63,979 bases of DNA, filler included, from Rhabdomonas costata (GCA_019059605.1; 49 parts of 49 records of this genome joined end to end with filler, not necessarily neighbours in it), one strand, 5' to 3'; positions 1 to 12,900 are shown, counted from the first letter of the whole stretch. Made by a program: numbers and translations. The notes: generated from the sequence alone by a model not told the origin.

Positions 1-7
1 GGGGGGG

Positions 8-474
8 GTGTGGAGCCGGGGCTGTGCCCTTCTGCTGCTGACGTGGGCCCTATTTGGGCTTTTTGTGGGATGGGCCATTTTTGCTGCACGGAATTCGACG
101 CCGACCTACGACCCCTCCCTAGGTTTGCACTTCGCCAGTTTAATGTCTTGCCCTCCCTCATCTGCCCTGGCAAAGCACCAATTGCCTTTGGAGTCACTTC
201 TTTCTCATTACTCCTGATGCACTGAAATGATTTTTTGGAACTGCTGTGAATCTGGGGGGACTGCTCTCTCTCTCTCTTGTGCCTTTGCGTATGTGTGTTA
301 CTGGTGGTGCAAAGGGTTTCTGAGGGGAGGGTGTGGATGTATGCAGGGGGGCCCACGGCGGACGTGGTGCGTTCGCCATGGTACGGCTGCCTGCTGCTGC
401 CGCTAACCCTCCCCGTAGCCGTGGCTGCGGTTTATTTTCATTGGTTGGGGGCTAAGCTTTTCCGGCACAACTGA
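8..474 (+). CDS. PIGY: GPI-GlcNAc transferase subunit Y (PIG-Y/Eri1-like), two exons (<8-122, 347-474), 5' partial
   Basis: GT-AG intron 123-346 joins in frame: ...LLLLTWALFGLFVGWAIFAARNSTPTYDPSL|GGPTADVVRSPWYGCLLLPLTLPVAVAAVYFHWLGAKLFRHN*. The C-terminus matches the PIG-Y motif Y-x-C-LL-x-PLTLP...YFHWL-x-x-KLF-x-H. Confidence 0.6.
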
Positions 475-1205
475 AGTCACATCAACACCTGTTCCTGCCA
501 GTGTCACGGTCGCGGAGCGTTGCTGCACCTCCCTGTTGGTTTTTTTAGGGCCCGCCTCAGCCACACCCGTGGGCGGCGATAAAAATACACACATGAAAGT
601 CAGGAACCGAGGCTTCTCCAGGGGCGTCGTTCGGTCTCGTTGTGAAAGACATATGAATGAATGTCAGAAGAAAAAGGCCTGCTGAAGCAGCGAGAGGTGA
701 GTTTGCTGGGGCCACCAAGCATGATGCAAGCAGAAAAATGAGCAATGGAGACCCTGTATGTAACGCATGCTGTTGACCGAAAAGCCGCCGCGGGGATAAT
801 ATTCATTCGGTTCGTTCCGTCCCTCTTCACTGACGGACTCAGGGATGCAGATGCTTTTTGTGCCAAAGCAACCTGTGTGCCCTTCAGGGTACTTGCCTCT
901 CTTGAGAATAGGCACAACCTCAGGCCGAGGGCCATTCCGTTTTCCCAACGCTTTGGATTCGAACCGTGCAGCCCACCCACTTTCACTGTGGGGTTGTCAG
1001 TGTGCAAATGGATGGTCTTGAGAATATGTGACACCTTTGCGGTTCGCCGTTATAAAACGCCTGCGACCGGCGTTGCGCCATCTCTGACACCCCGGCCGCA
1101 TTTTCTCGGAGGGATGGAGCACGGCCGCGTTTGTTTCATGCTCGGAGGCCACAAGCACTGTTCTTACCCCAAAAAACGGGCAACCTCTTCCGTCAACTCC
1201 CTGTG

Positions 1206-1305
1206 NNNNNNNNNNNNNNNNNNNNNNNNNNNNNNNNNNNNNNNNNNNNTTAATTAATTAANNNNNNNNNNNNNNNNNNNNNNNNNNNNNNNNNNNNNNN
1301 NNNNN
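1206..1305. other. Artificial contig-joining spacer (first of about 48; recurs about every 1.3 kb)
   Basis: N-run + TTAATTAATTAA (stops in all six frames) + N-run, identical at every junction. Confidence 0.98.
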
Positions 1306-1608
1306 AGCTGCTGCTTTCCTCGGCGGTCTTGTGGGACTTTCTGAAGACATCCCGGAGAGTGATTAGGCCGAAGGGAAGGAGGTTATCACTAGATCACTCT
1401 TCCGGGATGTATCGTGATTTTTGCCGCATGATGTCCGTCGTCACATGGGCAAATGTTTGTCATAGACATCTCGTGCGAATTCATTTTCATGCGAACGAGG
1501 TTCTGTGGTATCGAGGGACCAAAATGCTTTCATTGCGTTTCTCTCTTTGGGCACACGGTACGCGGGCTGTGCCAGATCTGAGCATCTCTCCCTTTCACGC
1601 CCTTACAG

Positions 1609-2184
1609 GCCTCGAAGGAGGACATGGTGGCGCTGAAGGCCAGCCTGATGGACCTGGAGATGCGGATGAAGATGCTTGTGGGACGGATGGACGGCGTCAG
1701 CAAGAGCCTGGCGCAGCAGGCCCACCAACAGCCGCAGCCGCCCGGCACGCCAAAGTCCGGCGCCACCGCTCCGGTCCCAGACGTCACGGAGCTGAAGTCT
1801 GTCGTCGCGGGGCATAGCTCAATGATCGACAGTCTATTCGCGGACAAGGTCCCGCCTCCCTGCTCTCACGTTTGAAACAGAAAGTTCAGCGGCTATGGAT
1901 CTAAGGTCTCCAGTCATATTCCGACCTTACTTAGGCCTTATTTAGCTGTCACCCTGTTGGAGTTTGCTCGCAGTCTTTATTTTTCAGTGGGATTTGGACG
2001 AGTCAGAATTATCGTTTGCCCTCGGGGGCCTGTGTGTCACTGCTTGTCAGTGGGTCTTTGGGAATTGTTCAAGCGGTGAATGGGAGGGGGGGCTGAAAAC
2101 AGGCGAACCGGGAGACGGTGGTGAGGCAGGGCCAGGAGCTCAGCGACTTGAGAGCCCAGCTGGAGGCCCGCAATCTGCTGGGCG
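1609..2184 (+). CDS. Internal exons (1609-1848, 2103-2184) of an uncharacterised coiled-coil protein
   Basis: GC-rich blocks bounded by CAG/GT that join in frame; heptad-like ASKEDMVALKASLMDLEMRMK and ANRETVVRQGQELSDLRAQLEARN. Confidence 0.45.
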
Positions 2185-2611
2185 GTAAGGCAGGGCAACC
2201 CGCAGGTCCCTCCCGGGCCGCTCCTCTTTTTTGTAGCTTGGCCACACCTCCTGCAACTTTAACCTCAACATGGTCACGGTAGCGGCATCAGTTCAGCGCC
2301 CAACAGAGAAACCATGAAGCACAAGCGAATCAGAAAGGGATTTAAAGGAGGTAGGTGTTGAGGTGTTGTGCCCAAAAAGGAGAAAGAGCAAGGCGCAAAA
2401 AGGGCAAGCTGGTGTGAGCGGGTTGCTTAAAGAATGCTGCGATGCGGGTCCGTGAGATGTGTGACTAGTGTGTCGTGGGCGGTGTGCGTCTGTAGGGGAA
2501 ACAAAAACAACNNNNNNNNNNNNNNNNNNNNNNNNNNNNNNNNNNNNNNNNNNNNTTAATTAATTAANNNNNNNNNNNNNNNNNNNNNNNNNNNNNNNNN
2601 NNNNNNNNNNN

Positions 2612-3552
2612 GTGGGGGGTGCCGGTCGGCGCGCTCGTTGCCGTGGGAGATGGCGTGGGACTGCTAGTAGGCGACGGACTCGGGCTGTGTGTAGGCGTGG
2701 TGCTTGGGGTGCAGGTGGGAGTAGCCGTTACCGTTGAGGTCGGAGATAAACTGGGACTGAATGTTGGCGACAAGGAAGGGGTCTGAGTGGGCGACTTTGT
2801 CGGAGTCAGCGTAGCCGTGGGCGTCGGCGTGGGAGTGGAGGTCGGTGAGGGGGAGGGGGTGAACGTCGAAGAGGAAGACGGCGAAGGCGTAGCGGTGGGC
2901 GAGACGGACGGAGTCACGGTGGTAGTGAAGGAAGGCGTTGGTGTTGGCGAAACCGTTGGGCTGGAAGTTGGTGTGAAGGTTGGCGTCCTCGTGGACGAAG
3001 AGCTGGAAGACGAGGTCATTGTAGGCGAAGCTGAGGGAGAGAATGTGGGTGAGAGGGAGGGGGTAGTGGATGGCGTCGCCGTCGATGTGACCGAGGCTGT
3101 AGCAACCTTCGTCGGAGTCAACGAAGGAGTGGAGGTGGTCGAAGAGGTCAGCGACGCGGTGTCTGTGGAAGAGGAAGTCGGCGAGATAGTCCTGCTTCGT
3201 GTGGGCGAGGGGGTGAGGGTGAGGGTGGAGGTGCCTCCGCCACCGGCCCAGAAGCTCCCTGAGAGGTGACCGAGGCCGCAACCCCCGCAGGATCCACCAC
3301 GCACACCCACCGCCCTGTCCCCAAAATCATTGGCGTCAGCACAGACGGCGAGGCCTCCACTCCCCGAAGCACTGCCGCAGGCGGGGGCTCGGGAAGGAAC
3401 CGCACCAAGTAGGCTGAAGGAGGGGGAAGGTCCGGCACGGCTGAGGAAGAGGAGGCAAAAGTTCCAACCAAGGTAATGAGCAGCACCACGCAGCAGCCCA
3501 CGCCACTCCGAAGCGACCACAGAAGCTGGGGAAGGGTATGGCGGCGGGCCAT
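2612..3552 (-). CDS. Ser/Thr/Pro-rich mucin-like surface protein, partial
   Basis: About 200 aa of TPSPT/SPTAT repeats (2612-3240). An ATG at 3552 with a hydrophobic anchor (GVGCCVVLLITLVGTFA) lies in a different frame, so the join is unresolved. Confidence 0.55.
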
Positions 3553-3795
3553 TTGGGCAGCCCACCAACCTTCCCCACGAAGGCAAAATGCACAACAGGC
3601 ACAACGAAAAAGAGCTCTGAACAAAGCCCATCACCAAAAGTTAATGTTTCGCTCTCGAAAAATTTTCAAAAAAAACAGCACCAGGATACTACTCAAGACG
3701 GGAAGGACCCGACAGCTTCCTGGGCATTGCAGCAAGCCACTGAGCAACCCTAAACCAGATTTCAACTCAGAAAGAATAACCCGAAGGCGCCTCAC

Positions 3796-3819
3796 CACCA
3801 CCCCAAACACACCCACCAC
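3796..3819. other. Whole-genome-amplification primer remnant (GenomePlex/PicoPLEX-like)
   Basis: CCAAACACACCCA is the reverse complement of TGGGTGTGTTTGG. Similar sequence occurs at 19501-19516 and 54925-54940. Most contigs start G/T-rich and end C/A-rich. Confidence 0.75.
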
Positions 3820-4424
3820 NNNNNNNNNNNNNNNNNNNNNNNNNNNNNNNNNNNNNNNNNNNNTTAATTAATTAANNNNNNNNNNNNNNNNNNNNNNNNN
3901 NNNNNNNNNNNNNNNNNNNTTGTGGTTGGTGCATTTAGCGTGGCCTTCATATATTTTTTTTACAGTGTGGTGTTGTACTGCATTCAGCGATCAGCGGGTT
4001 CTTTTGACCCCGATCGAGCAAGCACCATCCTGCAGCTGATGCAGCTTGTCTTGTTTACGATGGAAAGGGATGGAAAGGCTTCTTCCTCCCGGCCCCAGTT
4101 TGACGACCGCTCATAACCGGAATGGGATTTCTATGGACCGACGTTGATAAGGCCAAACAGTCTGGCTTTTGGACCTCTCTTTGTTGTGCAAATCCATATG
4201 CCCACCATAAAGATGGGCATTTTTTTCGCTGATGATGATTTGCCTTTTTTCGAAGTTGCACCCTTTAACAGATTGTTTGTAGACCGCAAATGTGAATTGC
4301 GCGTCTGAGGGAATGAATACGCACTCGAGTGCTGCCGTGGAACAGTTTTCTGGCGCTGGTCAATTCTTCGAGACGTGGTGGTGGTGTATCTTCTCCACAG
4401 CGCTGTTTTCTGTATTCCTTAAAA

Positions 4425-5126
4425 ATGTTTCTGAGTCCCCGAGCTCGTCTTTTGGCTCAGGCCTTTCAGGCCTCTCGCCGACACTACTCGGACTTCTACT
4501 TCAGAAATGATTTCAACATGGTTGCCCCGCGGTGGCTCATGGCCTACGCCAAGGGGCCGTACCGGTTCATCAACCGGGAATTTCTGATCATCAGCTACCG
4601 GACGGATGAGGCGAGGCTTCGGAAGGTCCTTCCTCCCGGCGTGGAGCTGGTCGACAACCGCGTGAACTACGAGTTCATCCGGATGCCCGACTCCACCGGG
4701 TTTGGGGACTACACCGAGACTGGCCAGGTGGTTCCGATCAAGTTCAAAGGGGAGGAGGGCACACTGACGCTCTCAATGTTCCTGGATGACCTTCCCCCCC
4801 TCGCAGGGGGTCGTGAGATCTGGGGCTTCCCCAAGAAGTACGCCAAGCCCAGGCTCTTCGTGGAGAGTGACGTTCTGGTCGGCACGCTGGACTACGGCAG
4901 CCTGAGGGTGGTCACCGCGACGATGGGGTACAAGCAGTACGAGCTGGACAAGGCCGAGGTGCTGAAGTCAGTGAAGAAGCCCGTGTTTCTTCTAAAGAAC
5001 ATCCCCGGGGTGGACGGAAAGCCTGAGATCAACCAGCTGACGAAGACCTACCTCACGGATATCACTGTGAAGGGGGCCTGGACCGGCGCGGGGGCGCTGG
5101 AGCTGCACCCCCATGCCCCCAACAAA
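4425..5126 (+). CDS. adc: Acetoacetate decarboxylase with putative mitochondrial presequence; intronless, 3' truncated
   Basis: [48 protein letters not shown] (Schiff-base Lys-Lys at 4833-4838) and ITVKGAWTG are Adc family motifs. N-terminal extension [22 protein letters not shown]. Confidence 0.92.
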
Positions 5127-5485
5127 ANNNNNNNNNNNNNNNNNNNNNNNNNNNNNNNNNNNNNNNNNNNNTTAATTAATTAANNNNNNNNNNNNNNNNN
5201 NNNNNNNNNNNNNNNNNNNNNNNNNNNCGTGCTTATACTCACGAGGCGCAGTGAAGCTGCACAACATTCGCATTTGGGAGCTGAAAATCCTGTGATTGGT
5301 TTGAATACATCCCTTGGTCGGGGGTCATCCATGAAGATGACCATGAGGATTGTTGTTGTTATTGGCTATGCTATTGTTTGGTCCCTTTTTGTTTTTGTTG
5401 CTAGCATTCAGCCTGCTTTCGGAAGCACACTCTCACTCTCTGTCCTGAATGCGTGAATGGCCGCCCCACTGGTTCCACCGCCCAG

Positions 5486-6420
5486 GCTGCTGCTGATCGT
5501 GCTTTCGCTGCTGAGGCTGCGGTTCAAGTACCCAGACCTGCCTCGGCCGTACAAGCTTCCAGGAGGGAAGTGGGCCCTGGTCGCGATGCAGGCCTTCCCA
5601 GTGATGTTCTGCTTACTCAACGTAGGCTTTACCCTGGGCAGCTCCCCTCTCACCCTGGCGCTGGGCCCGGGATGCGTCGTGCTGACCTCCCTGCTTGGGG
5701 TGGTGCACGCTCTGTTGTACACACCTTCCACCGACGCGCATATAGGCTACGCACGTTCAAGAGAAGGTATTTCTCTATGGGCACATGGCTGTAGGATGAG
5801 AATTGCTCTCCTAAGTGTATCGGCAAATAGCGATGGAAGCAAAGGGTTTTGCTCGTTGGTAGTTAGTGATTATCAGCGCGCTTTTTTTTTTGGTGAGAAT
5901 CCTCTCGTCAAGGCTTCACGGAGATCACCACAACACGGAGATCACCACAACGGGCGAATATGAACAATTCACTGGCTCAATGATGCAGGGAACTGTGGAG
6001 AAAGCAGAAAGCCAAGAGGGTACTGTATCGTGGATATGGATGTGATATGGTGGACTGCGGTCTGAAGGCTTCTTGAGGTCTTGGTCAGGTAGCTGCTGCC
6101 TTTTTATATGCTCTTCGTGCTCATGGTCAAAACCATTCAGGTATACACCAAATTTTATCGGCCTGACGGCTACCTTCAGCTCGTGGCCCTTCCCGGAACC
6201 GCGCCTGCCGCGGAGTCGGATCACACTCCCAAGCCCAACTCTGGACCCGAGCCCCACCGCCCCGCTGCTCTCACCAATGTGGGGAGCGCCAGGCTATGGC
6301 AGCCTGACGTGGATCCTCACCCCTTGCAGCCTCCTGACAACCGCACTAACGTCACCACACCCTCCCCTGCCTTCCCGCTGGGGCCTGGTGTCACGGTTGA
6401 GGCGGGGGCGTCAGCAGGTG
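5486..6420 (+). CDS. APC-superfamily amino acid/polyamine permease, C-terminal exons
   Basis: LLRLRFKYPDLPRPYKLPGG (the L-R-x-K-x-PDL-x-RPYK-x-P motif) followed by hydrophobic helices. A probable tail exon starts at about 6141. Confidence 0.65.
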
Positions 6421-6699
6421 AGCTCACCAACCAACNNNNNNNNNNNNNNNNNNNNNNNNNNNNNNNNNNNNNNNNNNNNTTAATTAATTAANNNNNNNNN
6501 NNNNNNNNNNNNNNNNNNNNNNNNNNNNNNNNNNNGTGTGGGTTGTAGGGTGATTAATGGGATGCGTGTTGAAACGCGCTTGCTAGCTCGACTCTTGCCA
6601 GGGATTGTTTCAGGAGAAAATGCTTTGCATTGGATACTCAGGTTATCATGGGACTACCAAGAATACATCGGGCTCGCTCGCGGTATTCTCAGGGTGCTG

Positions 6700-6846
6700 T
6701 CCTCGCAGGAGGACTGGCTCTCAGGCTGGGTCCTCGACTGTGTTTTGGGGCAGGGCTGCTTTGGGAAAGTCTGGAGGATCGTAAACAACAGGGGCACCGC
6801 AGGTGCCCTAACCCTTTATGACTCAGAGACAAATTTGGCGGACAAG
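6700..6846 (+). CDS. Protein kinase N-lobe fragment, possibly degenerate
   Basis: VLGQGCFGKVW glycine-rich loop; the expected VAxK lysine is not evident. Confidence 0.3.
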
Positions 6847-9800
6847 GTGCCCTTAAGCCACGCATGTCTGTGGTCAAAGAGTTCCTGTCTCTAAGGAGGT
6901 GGTCAGATTGCTTCGAAATGTGGGAAAGCTCCTCCTTGTTGCTGTGGTAAATCTGCTTTCTTCAGGGTTTGGCCCATGGGCCATTAAACACTACCTTTGT
7001 GGAGGTTGAGGTTTTATTATTTGACTTAGGGACAGTTGTGTCTGTTTGTGTATGTTTGTGCGATGTAAAGACAGAAAAGAAACGCACACGTGAAGGAGAC
7101 CGATGATGGAAAGAAAAGAAAAGCTGCCCCTAACCTAAGACGCACCAGCCTGGGTGCTCTCACGGAGGGTCCTATAGCAATGTTGTCAGACGTGGGGTGC
7201 CGGCTCACCAGACAACAGGCCAAGACCGCCTGCCCCATGTGTCCCAGGCTTATGTACACAAACGCGCGAAAGAAACTCTGAGTCCTCCCCAATCGGCGCC
7301 TAACACTGGAGCGAGAAACCCTTGTCGGGGTGTGGTGCATGCTTTTGGCACGCCCACTCCACTCCCAGCACATAATGCAGGGAAGAAGTGCAAAGAACCG
7401 CCCATCCTGCGGCGGCACACGCACAACTCACCCCTGTGCACCACTCGGGCGGCCACGATAACCACCACACCTCAACCCAGAGCGTTGCTGGTGAGGACAC
7501 CAAGCCACCACCGGCAGGCATGCAACTCACCCAAAACAGACGCAACGGGGAGGACGACGGCTGGTACTCGTGCTCCTGGTCCGAGGAGCAAAAGGGGGAC
7601 GGTGCTGAGGCAACCCAAAGCCCCACACGTACATCACCCACGCATTCTATCAGGGAGGGGGCGGGCACACTCCGAGCAATGCATACGCTCCGGCAACGAC
7701 AGCACGCCCCAACGTTCCACCCGGCACCGTTTTCACCCAACACCNNNNNNNNNNNNNNNNNNNNNNNNNNNNNNNNNNNNNNNNNNNNTTAATTAATTAA
7801 NNNNNNNNNNNNNNNNNNNNNNNNNNNNNNNNNNNNNNNNNNNNGTCCAGCGCTGGACTACATACTAATCAGAGGGAAGAAGTTGATGTTAGGTAATAAC
7901 AGTAGAAATTGGAGATGCTCGTGGGAGAAAAGGGACTAACGTTGGTCGTTCCACTTTCATTCGACGGAAAAAACTAATGTAGTGTGCTTTATCACTGGTT
8001 CTTCGCCGAGATCTTTTTTGTGCCTCGACTCGTCATTCCCGGGTTCATTGGGGGAGTTTTCTATTTTTTGAGCTTCAGCGGCGGTTGTCGGCTGATCATC
8101 ACGAGCAAAAACAAAAGGCAAGATGGGGCCAACTCCGCTTTCGAAATTACTGTCTGGCGCTGTCAAACATAGCTCGAGCATAACTGGAAAAAAACCGGTG
8201 GAGAACGGGGATGGTGGAGAACGAGAACGGGGGAAATTTTAAATGAAGTGCGCGCGGCACCAGTGGGGTATGTATTGCCCGATTCACCTCAAAACTTAGA
8301 GGTGTAAGAAAACGTTTCCGAAAAAAGAGATGTTCGGGACTTGACGTGTGTTTCCCCGACACATGAACTGATAACTTGGTGGGGAACTAGAGGAGAGCAC
8401 ATTCCTCTTGCGCAGCGTTTGGTGGGCACCCATGGTGGACATCAAATAACTAAAACCAAGAAAAACCAGTTGCACCTGTTGTTTCATTTTGGTGGATCGC
8501 TGCTTCAGCTGTGCATCAATGGTCTCGCAGAGCCTGGTCTCCTGCTCATCCATCTTCCTCCGGTGGCACTCCCGAGATGTGAGCTCGTCCCTGCAGAACC
8601 CACGCAGAGCAAAAATGGGGAACGTGCATCAGGCATTGTGACACCTGTACCCCTAACCCCTTCCGCACCCAATTCACACAGCAGCCTCAAAAGCTTTCGA
8701 GCAGATCACGGGGTCTGGAGTTCCTGAAATTGCAAAATTTTTTTTCCGTGTGCTCGCCATAGACGAGTGGACAGAAAGTCCTGTGTTTTTGGCCGCCATT
8801 TTGAGGTTTGCAGCAATTTTCATTCATTTTTCAGCCAGATATATGTGCTCAAAACACAAAAACAGGAAAATTCCAGAAAGCGCGCGTGCTGGAATGAGAG
8901 ACGGGAGAGACGGGCCGCAAACCGAAAGGCACGGAGGAAGGCCTCATCGCTGCTTTTAACCCAATCCATGACCTTCCTCTCCTCCGCATCCGACAGTACA
9001 GGGGGCAGCACTCCGAGAGTGACAGGCAGCTTTAACTCCTGAACCCCCCCCNNNNNNNNNNNNNNNNNNNNNNNNNNNNNNNNNNNNNNNNNNNNTTAAT
9101 TAATTAANNNNNNNNNNNNNNNNNNNNNNNNNNNNNNNNNNNNNNNNNNNNGTTGGGGTTTGGGCAAAAAGCCAAGTGAAGGAGAAGTCAGGAGGCAAAG
9201 GGAATGGCAGCCAAATGGAAGAAGCGAAGTTTTCAGAAGATTGCAGGTTCGTAAGATGAAGGAAAGCAAGGAGAAGAGAAAGTAGCAGAGAAATCGAGGT
9301 GAGAGGGGGTTTTCGTAGAGTTGGAGCGCCTGAGGCTCAGTAGGAAGCTGGGCGTGGCGATGAAAAGTATCGAATCGCAAGCAGAAAGTTGAAAGCGGAG
9401 GAGTTTGCATTCGTACAAGAACTATCTTGAAAGAGTTCGACGAGGAGAACGCTGTGGAGCAAAGAATTTCAAAGAAGTTCGAAGGATTCCGAGGACGATG
9501 TGGTGATGGTCGAGATTCGCGCGGATTTTGAAGAAGATTACGTTGAGTATCTTCAAGACTTTCTAAATCGAGTCGAAGAATAAAAAAGGGGTTTGGAAGT
9601 GTTTTGTGGCTTTTTGACCTGTTATGTTGGAGTAGGAGTTTGGTGATTGCGTAACGCAATGGGTTGATGTGTGATGTGTCTAATTTCGTCTTTCTTGCTT
9701 TTGTTCGCGGTTTTGGTTGTAGGGGTTGAGTTCGTAGCGTGCCGCGCAAGAGGTTTTGTGAAGGTTTGGGCGGTAGAGCTGTGTATCGTAAGTCGTGCGG

Positions 9801-11845
9801 TTTTTGGCCATTGCCTTGATTCGTACTGTTTGGTTGTTGCTGTGCTCACCGTGCTTCTACCCACGAGCCGGGAATAGGGGAAAGCTGTGAAATGCCAAAG
9901 GGAACACTCACACCCACTGAATTGCGCGTGTTTGTTAGCAGGGGCGAAGCCAAAGCACACCACAGGCATCAGGCGGTCGAAATCACACCCTCCACGCGGA
10001 AGGGCAGTGGGATGCCCTTCCGGACAGTGCCAAGAGGTTTGGGTTTTGGAATCGAAGCTTGCGCGCCCTCGCACCTTTGTAGCCCCACCACCACAGCAGG
10101 AAGAGAAAGCACCAAAACCGTCAGGTCACCGAAGAAAAGCGGGAGTCGCGAAGGCCCCGCTCCGCGAAAGGCGTCTGAGTGAAATCAACGCCCGGTACTT
10201 TGTGTATACCAATGTAAGCCCCGACAGCGCCCAACGCGCGTCACAGGCGTTCGGGAAGCCTGGTCCGCAGTCCTTTGAACCAACCGGGACAGGTAAGTGG
10301 CCAAGCAGAAGGCTGGGCCGTCACAGGAACAATCTGGAAAAGAGAAAATCCCAACAAAAANNNNNNNNNNNNNNNNNNNNNNNNNNNNNNNNNNNNNNNN
10401 NNNNTTAATTAATTAANNNNNNNNNNNNNNNNNNNNNNNNNNNNNNNNNNNNNNNNNNNNGGAGGGTGTGGAGAGGATGGAGGGACGGAAGGAGTCCACT
10501 ATCCCAGGCGTGCTCCCTCGCCTCATTCCCTGCGGGTTTTGGCCACAGTTGCGCTTCGTCAGCAGCCTTGATGAGCTTCCAAGAGTAGGACAACTTGGGG
10601 ACATGGTGGCAGGAAGTGCGCAGCCGAAGTGAAGGGGTGCGGGGGGTTACAGAGCCGAGCTGTGCGAGATTCAAGACGAGCGAGGAAGACAGGTGGTGCG
10701 GCAGTCGGCAACCAGGCGACAGGACACACCTGCAGGCAGGCACACGGGAAAATTCCAGCTGCCGTTGGTGCAGAGAAAGCTCGACGACGGCAGGTAGCCT
10801 GGGCACGTGGCATCCAGAATGGCGTAAGGTGAACAAGAACAGAAAGGCAATAAAAACTCCGTGAAACCGGCTGAAGAATGAGAGAGAGGGGGGGGGTGAG
10901 GTCGCGTTGAAGAAGCTCAGCTGATAATGATGACAAACCCATCCCCCCAAAAATGCACGAGGCCAACAGTGGCCCAGCGGAAGGAACCGTAAAGGCTGGC
11001 CCCGAGAAAGGCGAAAAGCCAAAGCCCGCACACCAGAGCTGCAAGTCGCCGTGCAGGCCCCTCCCGAAGGTGTGGGCAGGGAGCACCCAGTGGCCCTCCC
11101 GCCTCGGGCATCGACATGCAGGGACTCGCACTTCGCGCTGCAGGGACGAGTTGCGGAAGAGAAAAAGAGAGAAAAGGGAGAAAGGGTCAAAGATCAAATG
11201 GGCAGCGAGAACCCACGGCATACCATTGCTGGGTCGCAGAGCAAAAAAAAACGCAGTGCCTAGGCACCCAAAACTCTGGCCTCCACTATACACCCAGCAC
11301 CCCGAGAACGTCGCGGAGGACTATACACCAGAGATCATGTATCTGGACCTTCCAAGACCGTCGTCGGGATTCGAAAGAAGGTATTCGAGAAGGCGCATTG
11401 CAGATTTGTCAGCGGAATTGTCAGAGACTCCAAGTGAAATCCCAACCGTGTGCCGGAGAACAATTGGTGCACATGAATGTATTGTGGGGTGTGGGGAGTG
11501 GAACAGTAACCAGTGGTAACAAGGTTTCTATGGAACCATATAAAGTCTTTGAAGGCCCCCATTATGATCTCCTGTCCGACTTCCATTGTTTTCTCGAGGA
11601 AAACGGCAGTAGCTCAAGCCTCCTGCCCTTCAACAACAACACAATACATTCATGTGCACCAACCCCCCNNNNNNNNNNNNNNNNNNNNNNNNNNNNNNNN
11701 NNNNNNNNNNNNTTAATTAATTAANNNNNNNNNNNNNNNNNNNNNNNNNNNNNNNNNNNNNNNNNNNNGTGTGTTGTTTTGCGTGCTGAGGAGTGTGGGC
11801 GAAATTTTTTAGATGAAGCTGCATTTTTTGCAATGTTGTGCGCAG

Positions 11846-12900
11846 CCCTACCTGCACGACTCTGCGCTGCTGTACCATGTCCGGACTCGGTACTTCGAGG
11901 ACCAGATTTACACCCACATCGGGCCCATTCTGCTGGTGTGTGCGGATCACATTTTAATAAGTCCGCTGGAGGGATGCCCCATTCAGAGCTTATCTTTTCA
12001 TCCTTTTTTTTTTCATTTCGTCCTTCCATTGGTGGGCACCATCTGCTGCTCTCTTGCTCTCTTTCTCGCTCGTCATTTTTGCAGGCGGTGAACCCCTTCA
12101 CGTATGAGATTCCGCACTACCGCGCTGACCGAATGGGGCAGTACATTGCCGAGGGCACGGCGGCGCTGTTCGGCAACAGCGCGCTACCGCCGCACAGCTG
12201 GTCGGTGGCCCACGAGGCATACTGGCTGCTGCGCACGAAGGGCGAGAACCAAGCCATCCTGGTGCGCTTTTTCTCTTGGAACGTTTTTTTTGGCAGGAAG
12301 CAAGAATCGTTGTATCTCAACTACGTTGGAGGAATACTACTTCGCAGAATAGCGATGAAAGGGAACCCTGGGCAGAGCTGCGCGCACCCTCGCCTTCTCT
12401 TTGGATGCCACACAGGTGAGTGGGGAGAGTGGGGCAGGCAAAACGGAGGCCGTAAAGATTGTGCTGCGGTATTTGGCGTGCTGCTGCACCCGATTCGCCC
12501 CCGAGGCCACGAAGGCCCGGACCTTGGTATGTGTATGCGCGCAGCCCACATACACACGCAGCAAACAGAGCTTTTCGCATTAAGCATATCGCGACACTGG
12601 TGAACAATGCTGCTGTATTTGGATCGCTGTTTTTCCTGTTTGGGCAATTTGAAGCTATACCGTGTGTTTTTGCAGTCGCATTTGAGTCTGCTTGAGTCTT
12701 GAGCCGAGTTCGGTGCCTCGCAGTCCCCGTTCCTCTATTGAATAAAACCAACCCAGTGTGCCGGCGTACACGCAGGGCATTGCAGATAGCGTGGAGGCCA
12801 CCTCGCCTATTTTGGAGGCTTTTGGCAACGCCTGCACCTGCCTCAACGACAACTCCTCGCGGTTCGGGAAGTTCATTGCGGTGCACTTCGACCGGAACGG
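11846..12900 (+). CDS. Myosin motor domain, four exons (11846-11935, 12085-12261, 12416-12526, 12776-~12900)
   Basis: [45 protein letters not shown] (P-loop), [23 protein letters not shown] introns. Confidence 0.93.

Noticed and set aside
2787-3269. Val/Gly/Glu-rich ORF on the + strand
   Set aside because: Antisense shadow of the Thr/Pro/Ser repeat protein.
9152-10360. Purine-rich contig as a retroelement gag or a 217-aa gene
   Set aside because: Multiple stops on the + strand and no recognisable motif in either orientation; cannot be supported.
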